Shown here: in pieces, positions 1 to 12,336 of the stretch
Position numbering within the stretch: position 1 is the first letter of the stretch
Layout: each line of letters begins with the position of its first letter
From: Seison nebaliae
Taxonomy: Eukaryota
Assembly (NCBI GenBank): GCA_023231475.1
Contig: JALJEE010000759.1
Span: 44,196 to 64,195 of the forward strand
Length of the DNA: 20,000 nt
Reading direction: 5' to 3'
The notes under the pieces: generated by a model
What the model saw: only the letters and a program-made list of their open reading frames with translations
Databases searched by the model: none
Told to the model about the DNA's origin: nothing
Translations under genes and position numbers: made by a program

Positions 1-543
1 GAAGGAACGAAATTGAAACGATTGCTCCATTTATATTCGAATGATTACTTCTGGAAAGAAACTGAAACGATTAATTAACGAGTTCAACAACAAAATTCCA
101 ATTCGTTACTGATAATACACTTGTCAATATTTTATGTTTAATCATGATCATCATTATGTTTATTAATTTTCAATTTTATTTCATCATTCATAAGAAAATA
201 AATCTTTCTAAAATACTCATTTTATATTCCATCAACATATTCGAATTTATCATTAACACTTATACTATTAATATATATTACATCAATTATTAATTCAATG
301 TGAATAATAATTCACATTTTCAATAAATTAATAAATTTATTTCAGTTCTTAAAATTTTAAAAGAAAAATATTTCAATTACATATCAAATGGAATAATATT
401 TCTTAATAATTTAACAGTTTTGCTTTTTTAGATGTCAATACTATTTTTTTGAACTATTAGAATTTAAGGAATATAAATATATATTTTTAAATTGTAAGTT
501 TATAAACAAAAGAAAAATATATTTGAATAGATAACACGTGAAA

Positions 544-2916
544 ATGGTTCGGAAAAGTTTAACGAAACAACAGAATAAGGTGCATAAAACGGGGAAGCAT
601 CGATCAAAAGGAACATTGATAAAGAATAGTGGTGGGAAGGTGGTCATAAGGAAATTGAAAGATTTGAGAAAAGAATTGAATGTTGGAGTTAAAGTGAAAA
701 GTGGATTATCAAAGATAGATCGAAAAAATCGTTCGAAGCAAATCGTTCGGAATCAGATCGATATTAATCGATTTGGATCAATTCATTCAATTCCATTGAT
801 GATTGGAGTGATTCATCCCAATGGAAATGAAGAGAATTTCCTTCGTCTAATCGACTTGTTCCAACAAGCAGAATTGAAAGATGATGTTGAAGTGAAGAAG
901 ATTTCTGATAATAATTTTTATTTAAAATTAAAAAAATTAAAGAAACATTTCAATTTTATTTCTATATCATCAAACGATTCCACTCGTCTCGATTTGATGA
1001 ATGATCTCTATTTATATGATGGATTAGTGATGTTGTGGGAGGATTTGATAGAATCGAAACGAATGGAAATTGGAGATGAATATGAGAATTTATTGAAAAA
1101 AGAATCGGAATATTTATTCAATCAATTCTTCAAAACTTCTTTACCTAAAGAAATCATATCGATTCTCTTACCAAATCCATCAGATTCACAATTGATTGAT
1201 GAAATTAAACAATTTTTCAAACGGAAATGTGTCAAATCTAATTTGTATCCGATGAACAATTCAAACGATTTTTCCATTCTCTTATTTAAATTATCTAAAT
1301 TAACTTTTTCATCTCAATCTTCTTTTATGAAGAATCGTCATGGAATAATCATTGATAATATCGATTGGAATCATAATGAATTATTATTATCTGGATATGT
1401 GAAAGGAAATCGAAATATGAATATCAATTGTGTCTATCATAATTCCATCATTGGTGATGTACAATTAGAGAGTGTAGAAATGATGAACGATGAAATGAAT
1501 GAGATAATTCATCCAACTGATCGACATGATATCGTTTGTTTGAATATACCCAGTATGTGGGATCAAGGTGAACAAACATGGCCAACGAAAGAAGAATTGG
1601 AAGCAGTCGAACATCAGACGGAGAAGAAAAAAGTTCGAAATGGAATGAGTGAATATCAAGCAGCATGGATCATTGATGACGATGATGATGATGATGATGA
1701 CGAAAATGAAGAAGATGAAAATGAGAAATTAATTGGTGATGAAAAAATGGAAATTGAGACAAATGATGATAAAGAAGAATCGAATGATGTCAATATGAAA
1801 AATCGGAATTTATCTGAATCAATTCCTGATGAAATGGATGAGATAGAAGTGATTGAAGAGATTCGTAAGAGAAAAGATTATTTATCATTTCCAGATGAAA
1901 TCGATACACCTCTCAATATACCGGCAAGATTGAGATTTCAAAAATTTCGAGGACTGGAAAGTTTAAGAACGTCACCATGGGATCCGAAAGAAAATCTTCC
2001 TGAAGATTATAGTTCCATTTTTCAATTTAAGAATTTCAATCATTCGAGGAAAGTGGCGATGAATGAAGAGACACAAATCGATAACGGAACTTTCATTCGA
2101 CTTCATATTTCAGATGAATCGAAACAATTATTCGATGATTTGATGAAGAATTATGGAGTAAATGGAAGTGAATCATCATTAGAACGACCATTCACTCTCT
2201 TTCCATTATTTCGACATGAAACAAAACTCAGTTTGCACAATATTCGATTATTCCGTAACGATTTTTATGACGGTATTATTAAGAGTAAAGAAAAACTCAT
2301 TTTCTCCATCGGATCTCGAACATTCGAAGTTGCACCGATTTATTCGGAAGATAGCGATGGAAAAAAACATCGGATGTTAAAGACGTTCGAAAAGAATACG
2401 TCAGTCATCGCTACTTTCTACGCTCCCATTTCATTCTCAACGTCAGCCGTCTACGTCCATAAACGATTGACATCCGGTCAAATTATTCCGGTTGCTGATG
2501 GTCAATTATTATCGATTGATCCAGATCGGATTATTCTCAAACGATATATTCTCAGTGGTCATCCTTATAAGATCCAGAAACATGGTGCCGTTATTCGATT
2601 CATGTTCTTCACTCGAGGTTTCTAGAATTTTTATAAATTAAAATTTTTCTAAATTTCATTTACAAACTTTCCAAAATTTTTTTCATTTTTCAAAAATTTA
2701 ATTTTATATTTTCCAGATGATGTTTTGTGGTTTAAACCGATAAAACTAAGAACGAAATGGGGACGACATGGTTATATCAAGGAACCATTGGGTACTCATG
2801 GATATATGAAATGTGAATTTGATGGACAATTGAAATCGCAGGATACAATTCTATTGAATCTGTACAAGAGAGTCTTCCCCAAAATGTCTTATGTAGAAAG
2901 ACGAGGATTATTGTAA
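544..2916 (+). CDS. TSR1: Pre-rRNA-processing protein TSR1 (Bms1/Tsr1 family), 2 exons: join(544..2617,2717..2916), 757 aa
   Basis: N-terminus KQQNKVHKTGKHRSKG; central GEQTWPTKEEL and GMSEYQAAWI; C-terminal FPDEIDTP-PARLRFQKFRGLESLRTSPWDPKENLPEDY, LSGHPYKI, VIRFMFF. A 99-nt intron (2618 GTTTCT...TTCCAG 2716) joins FFTR-D-DVLWFKPIKLRTKWGRHGYIKEPLGTHGYMKCEFDGQLKSQDTILLNLYKRVFPK in frame. The first ATG is at 544; the ORF track starts at an upstream GTG. Confidence 0.95.
2618..2716 (+). other. Spliceosomal intron of TSR1 (99 nt, phase 1)
   Basis: GT...CAG with pyrimidine tract; contains the in-frame TAG that ends the 538..2625 ORF; removing it restores the conserved FFxRxDVxWFKP motif. Confidence 0.92.
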
Positions 2917-2977
2917 GAAGAAATTTTATATTTGTATAGATCGAATTTTTTGTTTTTACGATGATGATTTATTTATG

Positions 2978-2983
2978 AATAAA
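2978..2983 (+). promoter_or_regulatory. Candidate polyadenylation signal of TSR1 (AATAAA)
   Basis: First AATAAA, about 60 nt after the TSR1 stop; several more follow. The motif is common in AT-rich DNA. Confidence 0.35.
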
Positions 2984-3127
2984 ATTGTTGATGAAAATAA
3001 AAATTTATTAGAATAAATTTTGGTTAAAGTTAGAGAATTGATTTATTGAAAATTGATTTGTTGAACAATGAATAAAAGGAAAATTGTAAGATAAAAGGAA
3101 ATAAATTATATTTCGTTTCCTTCAAAA

Positions 3128-6100
3128 ATGATACCAATTGTTGAAAAGGAATCGAATGAGGAGATGAGACGTGGAATATCGAGGGAAGTGTGTCGATGGA
3201 TAGTGAACGGTTTCCTCATCGATCCATTCATCGACGATCAATATGGAATGATGGGAATGATTTCTATGAAATCCCATCGGTCAAATTATTTAATAAATAG
3301 CGATTATGTGGGAGAAGGTTTGAGAGATGATCAGACAAATGTTCTCGGATTAATTTCATTAAGAAATCGACGATTTATTCCATTAATTGATAATGATGTG
3401 AGTGGAGCGGAGCAGGTAAACTCATGTGATCGTTTAACATTGAAAGGATTAATGAATGAATATGAACCGATTTTATCGACCAATCCACTTTACAATTTGA
3501 CCTTCTCTACAATGCTCATTTTTCAGAACCATTTCTTATCATTTCTCATACCATCCGAATCAATTGATGAAAATGAAATAAGAAATTTTAGAGAACGATT
3601 CTCACAATTCTCTCGTTTAAGCGACGAGATTTCTTATTATTCTTCTTTATATCAAATTCCGATGTTGCCATACGATATCTCATCCAAATTCCAATTGCAT
3701 GCATTCCCAGCACTCTCATCTTATGACATGTTGAAATTATTGGAGAAGATTCCTTTCTCTCAAAACGATTCAGAGACACCTCTCACCAATCTCATTCCAT
3801 CGCTTATCCTTTTACAGACGATGTTGAATATCTGGTTGGAATTGGGAATAGAATCGGCGGAGAAATATGTTAATTATCTTCCCATTAACAAGGAAGGATT
3901 GGAAAGGAAGAAAGAAGCAAATCCTTCAATTCACATCATTCCAGCAATGAACAGTAATTTGGCGGAATTAATTTGGTGGGGAAAGAAATTGGCAGGTCAC
4001 TACGGAATTATACAGTTGCCAGATATCCAGTTCATTAGTGGAACATCAGCCAATGTTGATTATTGTGTAAGAGTTTTACATTCGTTACACGATGGAACTC
4101 GCAGACACTTACCGCCAAATATCCAAATGAGAAATGAACATCTTTTCCTCATTTCCACTTCCAACAACTACTTCGAACAATCGTCTGTTGATGAAACTTC
4201 ATCCGATTCATCAATCCCATCGTCAACTTCTCCCAATTCGAATTATTCGGAATTATTATGGGAAAATTCAAAAACCACTCATGAACAAACTCATCAAGAT
4301 GATAATGGAACTTATTTAATTATTAATGATAAACATGGAATCAAAAATGGTTTAAATTTTGTCATGTTACCAACAAAGGATTTGAGTAATATTATTGAAA
4401 ATAATTTTGATGAAACAAATGATAATTCCAGTCAGACCGGTAATAATATTAATGAAAATATGCACGACTGTAATAATTGGGAAGTGAAAGAAAATATTTT
4501 GAACCAACTGAAAAATAATGATGATGTTGAGGACGATATGGAAAATGATAATTTCGAAAAAGAATTTCGAATTCCATTAACTAAAGATGAAGAGGAGAAG
4601 AAGAAGAAGAAGAAGAAGAAGAATATTTATTATAATTCTTATAATAATTCTTATGAAATCGTTGATGGAATTGATGGGGAAAGAACAAGGAATGGCTGGT
4701 CGACTGATGATTATCGTTGTGATTTGAATGAAGATCTGAGGAGAAGATTAATTGACTTTTATCATAATAAAAATTTCGACAATTTATCTTCTCTAACTCA
4801 GCAATTCCAATTAGTAGAACAGAATCTCTTACAACTCAATCAAATGGAAAACAACAACAATGATCTCAGTTTCCTGATGAATCATAATGGAGATCTGATT
4901 GACGAGGGTGGCACCGAACAAATGTTGGATAATATATGGGAACAGGAAGATAATAATAATTCACTTTTAGTTAATGTTGATAATTTATTAGAAATAGCGA
5001 ACCGATATCAGATCCAGTTATCGAAACAATACACTTTGTTGAAGAATTTGCGTATCGTTTCACAAGAGAATAATGATGATTTGAGAAGGAAGGCAATTCT
5101 CATTAATATAAATTCGATGCGAATTCGATTCGCTTGTCTCATGAGCGAATGTGTCCGACTCTTACAAGAAATTACTTTGACAATCGAAAGTAAACGATAT
5201 TCATCGTCACCCAATCGATCGTCATCGGAAATCTCATTCTCATCATATTCATCTTCCAATTCCTTCCGAGAGAATACTCTAAACAATAATTCGCGATTAT
5301 ATAATATGGACATTCCCCACTCATCATCTGACGACATTGAAAGTGATGATAGTAGAATGTCGAGATCTAGCGGTTCTGAAGAAACAAATTATGATGATGA
5401 ACCTTCGACGATGACGAATAGAAATAAGAACAACAACAATAACAATTCAATCGATAATTATTCTCACGCACATTCGTCAACTTCCAACGACGACGATGAT
5501 GCCGATGATTTTTATTATTATTATGATGACGACGACGGTGAAGTAAGTAAAAAACAAATTCATCAAATGACTAAATGTTCGTTATTGAGAGCGGAAGTTA
5601 TCGATCGAAACAATAATAATGAACGACAATTATATGAAATGGACATGAATGAACAGTCTCGACATGATATAGATTCCAGTAGTTTTGTTGACAAAATGGA
5701 ATTTGGTGACGAATCAAATACAATTTCTGGGTTTAAAGATCAATTACTACATTGTCCATCTGAAAATCATTCTATTTCAACCTTCTCTTGCGGATCAAGT
5801 AGTATGGTGAGAAGGACGATATCATTAACGAACTCTTCATTCTCCTCTCGTCACAGTTTCTTTGACGACACAGACAAAAGCGATAATGATGATGGCTGGA
5901 TGGTAAGTAGAAACGGAGAAAGAAAAGCACTCGAAAATCAATTTTATTTAGAAGATAAATTTTACAATTTTTATAGTGACGAGGAAGAAGTGAATTGTAA
6001 TGAAGATTGGAATAATTGGAGGAATAATGAAATTGAGGAATTGATTGATGAAGATGTGAAGGAAGATGAGGAAGAAGAAGAAGAAGAAGAAGATGATGAT

Positions 6101-6151
6101 TATAATAATTATTGGAATATTGACGATAATGATAAAGAAGAAGATGGATAA
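3128..6151 (+). CDS. Hypothetical 1007-aa protein: ~340-aa globular-looking N-terminal region, probable coiled-coil segment, long S/D/N/E-rich low-complexity regions, acidic tail
   Basis: A 3-kb uninterrupted ORF in AT-rich DNA is very unlikely by chance; ATG in AAAATG context like TSR1. I recognise no family motif. Confidence 0.85.
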   Translation: MIPIVEKESNEEMRRGISREVCRWIVNGFLIDPFIDDQYGMMGMISMKSHRSNYLINSDYVGEGLRDDQTNVLGLISLRNRRFIPLIDNDVSGAEQVNSCDRLTLKGLMNEYEPILSTNPLYNLTFSTMLIFQNHFLSFLIPSESIDENEIRNFRERFSQFSRLSDEISYYSSLYQIPMLPYDISSKFQLHAFPALSSYDMLKLLEKIPFSQNDSETPLTNLIPSLILLQTMLNIWLELGIESAEKYVNYLPINKEGLERKKEANPSIHIIPAMNSNLAELIWWGKKLAGHYGIIQLPDIQFISGTSANVDYCVRVLHSLHDGTRRHLPPNIQMRNEHLFLISTSNNYFEQSSVDETSSDSSIPSSTSPNSNYSELLWENSKTTHEQTHQDDNGTYLIINDKHGIKNGLNFVMLPTKDLSNIIENNFDETNDNSSQTGNNINENMHDCNNWEVKENILNQLKNNDDVEDDMENDNFEKEFRIPLTKDEEEKKKKKKKKNIYYNSYNNSYEIVDGIDGERTRNGWSTDDYRCDLNEDLRRRLIDFYHNKNFDNLSSLTQQFQLVEQNLLQLNQMENNNNDLSFLMNHNGDLIDEGGTEQMLDNIWEQEDNNNSLLVNVDNLLEIANRYQIQLSKQYTLLKNLRIVSQENNDDLRRKAILININSMRIRFACLMSECVRLLQEITLTIESKRYSSSPNRSSSEISFSSYSSSNSFRENTLNNNSRLYNMDIPHSSSDDIESDDSRMSRSSGSEETNYDDEPSTMTNRNKNNNNNNSIDNYSHAHSSTSNDDDDADDFYYYYDDDDGEVSKKQIHQMTKCSLLRAEVIDRNNNNERQLYEMDMNEQSRHDIDSSSFVDKMEFGDESNTISGFKDQLLHCPSENHSISTFSCGSSSMVRRTISLTNSSFSSRHSFFDDTDKSDNDDGWMVSRNGERKALENQFYLEDKFYNFYSDEEEVNCNEDWNNWRNNEIEELIDEDVKEDEEEEEEEEDDDYNNYWNIDDNDKEEDG
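4596..4623 (+). repeat. (GAA/AAG)n microsatellite encoding a poly-Lys run (possible NLS)
   Basis: gaagaagaag... read as EEEKKKKKKKKN in the 1007-aa ORF. Confidence 0.8.
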
Positions 6152-6596
6152 ATATTAGTTAATTTAGATGGATTTGACTAGAATTAAAGGGTGAAAGGTG
6201 GAAAGATGGAAGGAGGGATGATATTAATCATATTAATATGTTAATGAAGAAATTTTATTTTATACATTTTATATGATTCTCTCTAATTGTCTTCCACCAG
6301 AACACAATAGATCTAGATAAAATTTTATTAATAAAGAACTTTCTTTCCGACATCAGTTTCTCCTTCCAAATCATCCTCATTTCTGAAACGAATATTATTG
6401 CTCTTATTTCTCAGACAATCACAATACATTTCTTAATGTGACTACGAGGAGATAGATGAATATGTTAACATTTGGTATTATGTTATTCTTATTTCAGCAT
6501 TATTCCAATTCCGCTTCAAACATATATTATTCTTACTCTCTGAGCATGGACAGTCAGTCGAAAGAGAAGTTTTATATTTCCTCTGAAATTAAAGGT

Positions 6597-6647
6597 GACG
6601 ACGACGACGACGACGACGACGATGATGATGATGATAGTGATGATGAT
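6597..6647 (+). repeat. Compound microsatellite (GAC)8(GAT)5 AGT (GAT)3
   Basis: Read directly from the sequence. Confidence 0.9.
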
Positions 6648-8156
6648 GGTAATGATATTGCAGGAATACTTTATTTGTTAAGAGAAAACAAAATTTTTAC
6701 GATAGTCTATCGCTATTCATTTATTCGTCGATTCTCTCCTGATTTTCGGTGGACGACTTCTGATGAGAGAAGCTCAATTTCCACAATTCTCATCTATTGT
6801 TCATCTTTGATTGTGTGTGAGGTGCTATTGAGAAAATAACTGTCAAACGAGCAATTTATATGTGAATAGATGAGACAATTATATATTTCACATCATCCAT
6901 CTCGTTGTGCAGATGATTCGTTTTATTTATCTTCCAACTCAAATTTTCATTCACTTTCTGCCTTTTAGTTGATTTTATTCATGAAATAAGATTACTATCA
7001 ATATTACTAACGGAGATTAATTCTCCTAATATATCAAGTAATTTCAATGAATAATAATATTTATTTGGATTCGTGCAATTTCCATCCTTCGTACAATGTG
7101 TAGAATTTATCTAAGGGATTATTTAAATATCTAAAGCTCAAAATGGATTCAGTTGAATTCAGTTGATTTACTTAATAAACGATAAGTTGTATTCATTTCT
7201 TGACTTGACTTTATCGTAACTCCATGAAAGTTTCAGAAAGATTTATGATGTTATTGAATGGTGAGAATGATGATCATCTTATAACATGCATCTCGAAAAA
7301 AAATGAGAGAATTCTTTTTATCATTCTTACTATTAAACTCATACACATCGATGTATCAGCCAGTCCTCCTATCCATATAAAACTAGCTAATATTTGGATA
7401 ATAATACTCCATATGATGAACTCATCAGCAAAATGAAACAAATATGTATCCATGTATCGATGTTTCGAAGCCAATTCATATAAAGAAGATGATTAGGGGG
7501 AAAAATCATGCAGCTTTATTTGACAATACTCATTTGTAGGGAAAAGAAAGAAACTTTCCCTCCCGAAAGCAACTCGAATTGAAACAAAAGATTATTTCGA
7601 CTAACTCTATTTGGTAAATCATGCTAGTTATGAAAGTGATGATGATAATGATTACAATGTAAATTTTATTTATTGAATAATGAAAGAAAGGAGGAAATGG
7701 TACCATATTCTTTTTCACTTTTTTTTCTTCTTCTTTTACTTAATTTCCAATAATAGAACACTCGATATGAATTATATTTAGTTTCCTTTCTTATTGTCTC
7801 CGAGTTAATTGAATATAATTGTATTTCAAGATCTATTCCCCCCTTCCATTCATTATTCTTCCACTATTCCCAAATTTCTCATGCATTCCACATCATATGG
7901 TCGAAATGGAAATTTTTGTTACATTTCAAAAATTAACTACTTAATTTTTTTTTCTTCTGGGCAGAAGACTGTTCAATTGCTTCTCTCATTTCTAGCAATG
8001 TTAATTGAATAGAAATGAAACAACAACAACATCGACAACAACAACAACAACGATTGTCAAGTATAATAGTTCTTGGTGTTGATCAAAAATATCATTTGGA
8101 AAACTTCTCATTGTCGTCAGATAATTTGGAAGAAATTAAATTGAATTGAAGACGAA

Positions 8157-8329
8157 ATGAATCATTTATTTTTATTAACAATATTATTGTGGATTTGCTC
8201 AATTTATCCGAAGAAAGTTGGAGATATACAACCAATGAAGTCGCCAGTACAACATAGATTGAATGATGATGGTGTTAAACAATCAAAACCGTTCAACGGT
8301 TTCGATTTGAAAGATCTTCATTTTGTCAG
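8157..8329 (+). CDS. Probable coding first exon with a signal peptide (MNHLFLLTILLWICSIYP...); downstream exon partner uncertain
   Basis: GAAATG start and hydrophobic N-terminus; ends at AG|GTTCGT, the same donor hexamer as channel intron 4, followed by very AT-rich intron-like sequence. The phase-2 end fits either 8471..8504 (68-aa peptide) or channel exon 2 at 14502. Confidence 0.5.
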
Positions 8330-11300
8330 GTTCGTTTCAGTTTAATTCAGTTTAATTTTAATCGAAATATGTTTAAATTAATAATATAATTGAAATAAAA
8401 ATAAATGAATTATAAGAATTTCAAAACTGGTTTGAAGAGAATTAGCAGAAGAAAATTGAATTTTATTTAGGCGAACTCAACTGAAAAGAAATAATTATAG
8501 TTAAATAAGAAATAATAGTTTACAGTTACTAAGAAGTTGGAGGGAACGATTAGGAAAAAATGTTAAAGGGGAATGAAATGAGATCTGCAAGTGCACAGTT
8601 TTTTGGTGAATCGAATTCAACACCATTGTTTCTGATGAACAAATAAATATTCATCAAAAGATAAGGAGATGATTAATTTAAATTAAAAAGGAGAAGCAAA
8701 TTGAAAAAGAAGAACCATAATATGAATTATGGTCAAGATAGGAATGAAGAAAATTCTTATGAATTATGTTCAAATTACATTAGTTTTAATCAATTATTTA
8801 TTTGCACATAATGTGCACAAAATTATTAATTACATTGTTTCTTCCTATCATCATCGTCTTATCAACAAGAAACTTTATTCTTCTTCTATTCACTTAATTC
8901 ACTCTTCGAACGAGAGAAATTTGTGAACATAATTCCTTTTTTTTTCTGTTCATAAGAATTGCCAATCTCAAAAGTAAATTATTTATTTTAAGAGAACTAA
9001 TTTATGAGGAAATGGAAAAAAGAAGGAGTTACTTCCACGAGAAACTAGTAAAGAAATGTTGTAGAAAACAAAGCAAATTCTCTATATGGAATTTCTTTTG
9101 AGATTATTAATCTAGATTTCTAATATCCGAATGATAATGTTACCGAATCATATTGAACAAATAAAAATATAAATGAAATAGTTCAATAAAATCTTCTTAT
9201 TCAAATAAGCAATTTCAACTAGGCTACTTCTATATGCCGTCGAAGATAATGGAAGGGAACCGAGTCGATAAATGATGTATTGGGTGAGCTACTTCGAATG
9301 ACGTTGGCTATTGTTAAGTAGAATGTATTAGCTAAACGAATTCGGCAAATAATGAGTCTTACCTTATAATCTTATTTTCTTCTACTTCTCTCCATGGAAC
9401 ATCCGCGAAAACTTTCTCGTTTATCACACTTTCGATTAAGTTAAGTAACGATTTTTAAGTAATTCATGACTCCTTTCTCTACTACATGGATGAGGACAAC
9501 AAAAGGCAGAAAACAAGAAGAATGAACTACCATAATTCCTTTCGAATTCTAAGACTCAAAAACTTTCTCCTTCTCAAATAATTAAGTTCTATTACGTGCG
9601 AATTACGCTTGTTCCTTCCATCAAACTGACGAAGAACTTTTTATGAGTTATTTCAATTAGCAATAATTGGATTAAACGAAAAAGTAAATTCCGTAAAATT
9701 TGAATTCTTAAATAATTCGGGTTGGAAAACAATTTTCAATTTTAGAAAGCATAGCATTATTTAAGAACGGAAAGTAACTTTCGTTTTTACAATTGTTGAT
9801 AGATGGATCATTCATGAGTCGTATGATTGATTAGAAAAAGGTGAAAGTTGAGGAAATGAATTTATCTTTAAGCAATTCTATTTTAACAATATATTTTAGT
9901 TTTATATTTTCAACAGATCAACATTTCATCAGTATTAATCATATCCCAAACGTCTTCTATGAATCATTCGGTGATAAATACAAAACATTTTATGAGAACT
10001 ATTTTAAGATAAAAACAACGTTTTTTTTTAACCAGAATCGTAAGTAGTTTCCATATTCCTGAAATACCGCATAAAATTTTAGTTTCAATTAAAATGTTTC
10101 ACATTTTCAAGGACTTCCACAAGTGATGAAGAGGTGACATTATTATTATCATCCTTACCGAACATTTAATCCATTCACCATTCCTTTTATTTTTCACCCA
10201 TCTTCATTTTGCCTATTACCTTTGGGATATTAAGTGAAAATCGGCTCTGTTACGATTAGACCAACATACATGAGGATAGTTGTACGTTTTTGGCAATTAC
10301 TGTTATATTGACTGCAGTTGCGTTATATGTAAGAATGCAAATAGATTATCAATCGGTTTTAGTTGAACAATTTAGTTTTTCTGTACTAGTAGTTAGTCTA
10401 CTAGCTAGGCTAGCTAGTAAGGAGCCATGCGATTATGTCAACCCTTACATAGCTTTAGCTACACTACCCAGTAATCAAATTAGAGGAGAAAATCATTCTT
10501 TCCCGAATAGTGAAGAAAAGTAGAAGATGGTTATTTATTCATTTGATAAGTGAACAAAAATACTAGAGAAATTATGTCTACTATTAAGTTCGATGAGAGA
10601 CGATTGCCAATTGTAATTTATATTTTACCAAACGAAATTATTCTCTGTAACTCTTCCACTTCATCCTCACCGAATTATGGAACTGATTGATCTTGTACAA
10701 AAAAAATTCTTCCGTATATCCAAATAGCATAAATGTCGAAACGACATGATCCCCATCTGACACTATGTCAATGTGAGAAGTGTCATAATTCGAACTCCAT
10801 CAAAAATTTATATAAAATTTCCTTTAAAATTTTTATTGATTATTCTCTTCCAATTATTGATTTTTGTAAGTTTATCGATCGATTCTCTAATCAAACTGAA
10901 AATTATTATTAGGAAAGATTATTTTCGTACGTTATCCACCACTGCTGCGAATGTTATCTCGTAAAATTGTGATAGTATAGCAAATAATAAGAAAGTAATG
11001 AATTGATTTCTACTGATTGAATTATGTTAAACACACGACGAAAACAGAAGAGATATTCAATGGAATGCAAAATAATTACATTATAAAAAAAGTAGTAACG
11101 TTAGTCATAATAATAATGATAATAATTAAGATGATAACGACAATGATGATGATGGAATGATGATAATATTGATGAAGGAAAAAAAGTTATGATAATAGAA
11201 TTTTCTATAAAATTTTTCGTCTAACAACTCGAAATATCTTCAAATTTGTTATTATTTGTTGGAATTTAAAAAAAAATTATCTATTATCCCTTTAAGGTAA

Positions 11301-12315
11301 TAGACAGTTTCATCCATCTAATATGTTACTGAATTATACAGTAACATTTATTTCTTCCTCCCACATCATCACTATTCCGTACGAGAATTTATTGGAAATG
11401 AAAGTTATTGATTCGTTTTTCGAATATTCTTCTCTTCCGTTTTTTTCGAGTTGAAGAATGAGGATAATAAAAAGAAAATAGGTTTCCATCATCATAACCA
11501 TCATGAATGTTTAAAATAGAATGATGATGATAATTATTATCGTTATTTTCTCCTCTACTATTTATTCTCATCTTCAGGAACATATTTTTGATGTTACATG
11601 TCAGAGCTGGCTTATCTTCGATCAATGAGCGAAGTTTGTTTCGTGTTTGTTTGGATGTTGCCTATTTCATTTTTCTTATGTGCAAGAGATGTCAATTATT
11701 ATCGAGAGAACATTTGACTAATATATTCTTTCTTAATCATATATGATCATAATCATGTTGTTTCAATATTACGTGACTGAAGTTTAATTGGATTTCGATT
11801 ATTGAGAACTGTCACTCCTGTTAATTTGTGACGGAAATCTTCTTGTCCAATCCGTCGAGGTGATGAGTCATTTTATCGTTTTTTATCAAGACACTATTGT
11901 CATCATCATCGTTTTTTGAAATAACAACATCAATTTTCATAATTGCATCATCATAAATTTTTTGAACGAAACCGTCATCTGTATAAATTTCCTTCATTTT
12001 CTTCAAATAGAACAAGAAGAAGAAAAAGAATCAATTCTATTTATATTGTTCTCGACGATATACTAAAGCATTTCTCCTGATTAATACATTCCATTATTTC
12101 TGATGATATTCTCGATGAAAACACAATTCTCATGATTTATGAGTAGAAGAAAATCGTTTGACATAATCGAAAACAATGAACACAATTGAACACATCACAC
12201 ATTTCCTTCAATTGAGCTATAATCGTTTTTAGCATATTTGATAGTTGTGAAAATGAAGTGAAAAAAATTTTGTGCGCATATTGTGCACAAACTTTACATG
12301 TATATCTAGACTTAA

Positions 12316-12336
12316 ATATATATATATATATATATA
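12316..12336. repeat. (AT)n dinucleotide microsatellite
   Basis: About 10 AT units, read directly. Confidence 0.9.

Noticed and set aside
1..78. Open frame EGTKLKRLLHLYSNDYFWKETETIN* at the window edge (or a minus-strand start MEQSFQFRSF)
   Set aside because: Too short and truncated; strand and coding status cannot be decided.
441..5337. Short ORFs antisense or out-of-frame within TSR1 and the 1007-aa gene (441, 1448, 1465, 3588, 4134, 5008)
   Set aside because: Shadow ORFs of real coding sequence with no motifs.
6456..6839. 127-aa ORF with hydrophobic start and poly-Asp
   Set aside because: Its length is partly due to the GAC/GAT microsatellite and it has no recognisable domain; a small gene or exon cannot be fully excluded.
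6300..7720. Possible spliced minus-strand gene
   Set aside because: Manual translation gave frequent stops in the frames examined and no consistent exon chain.
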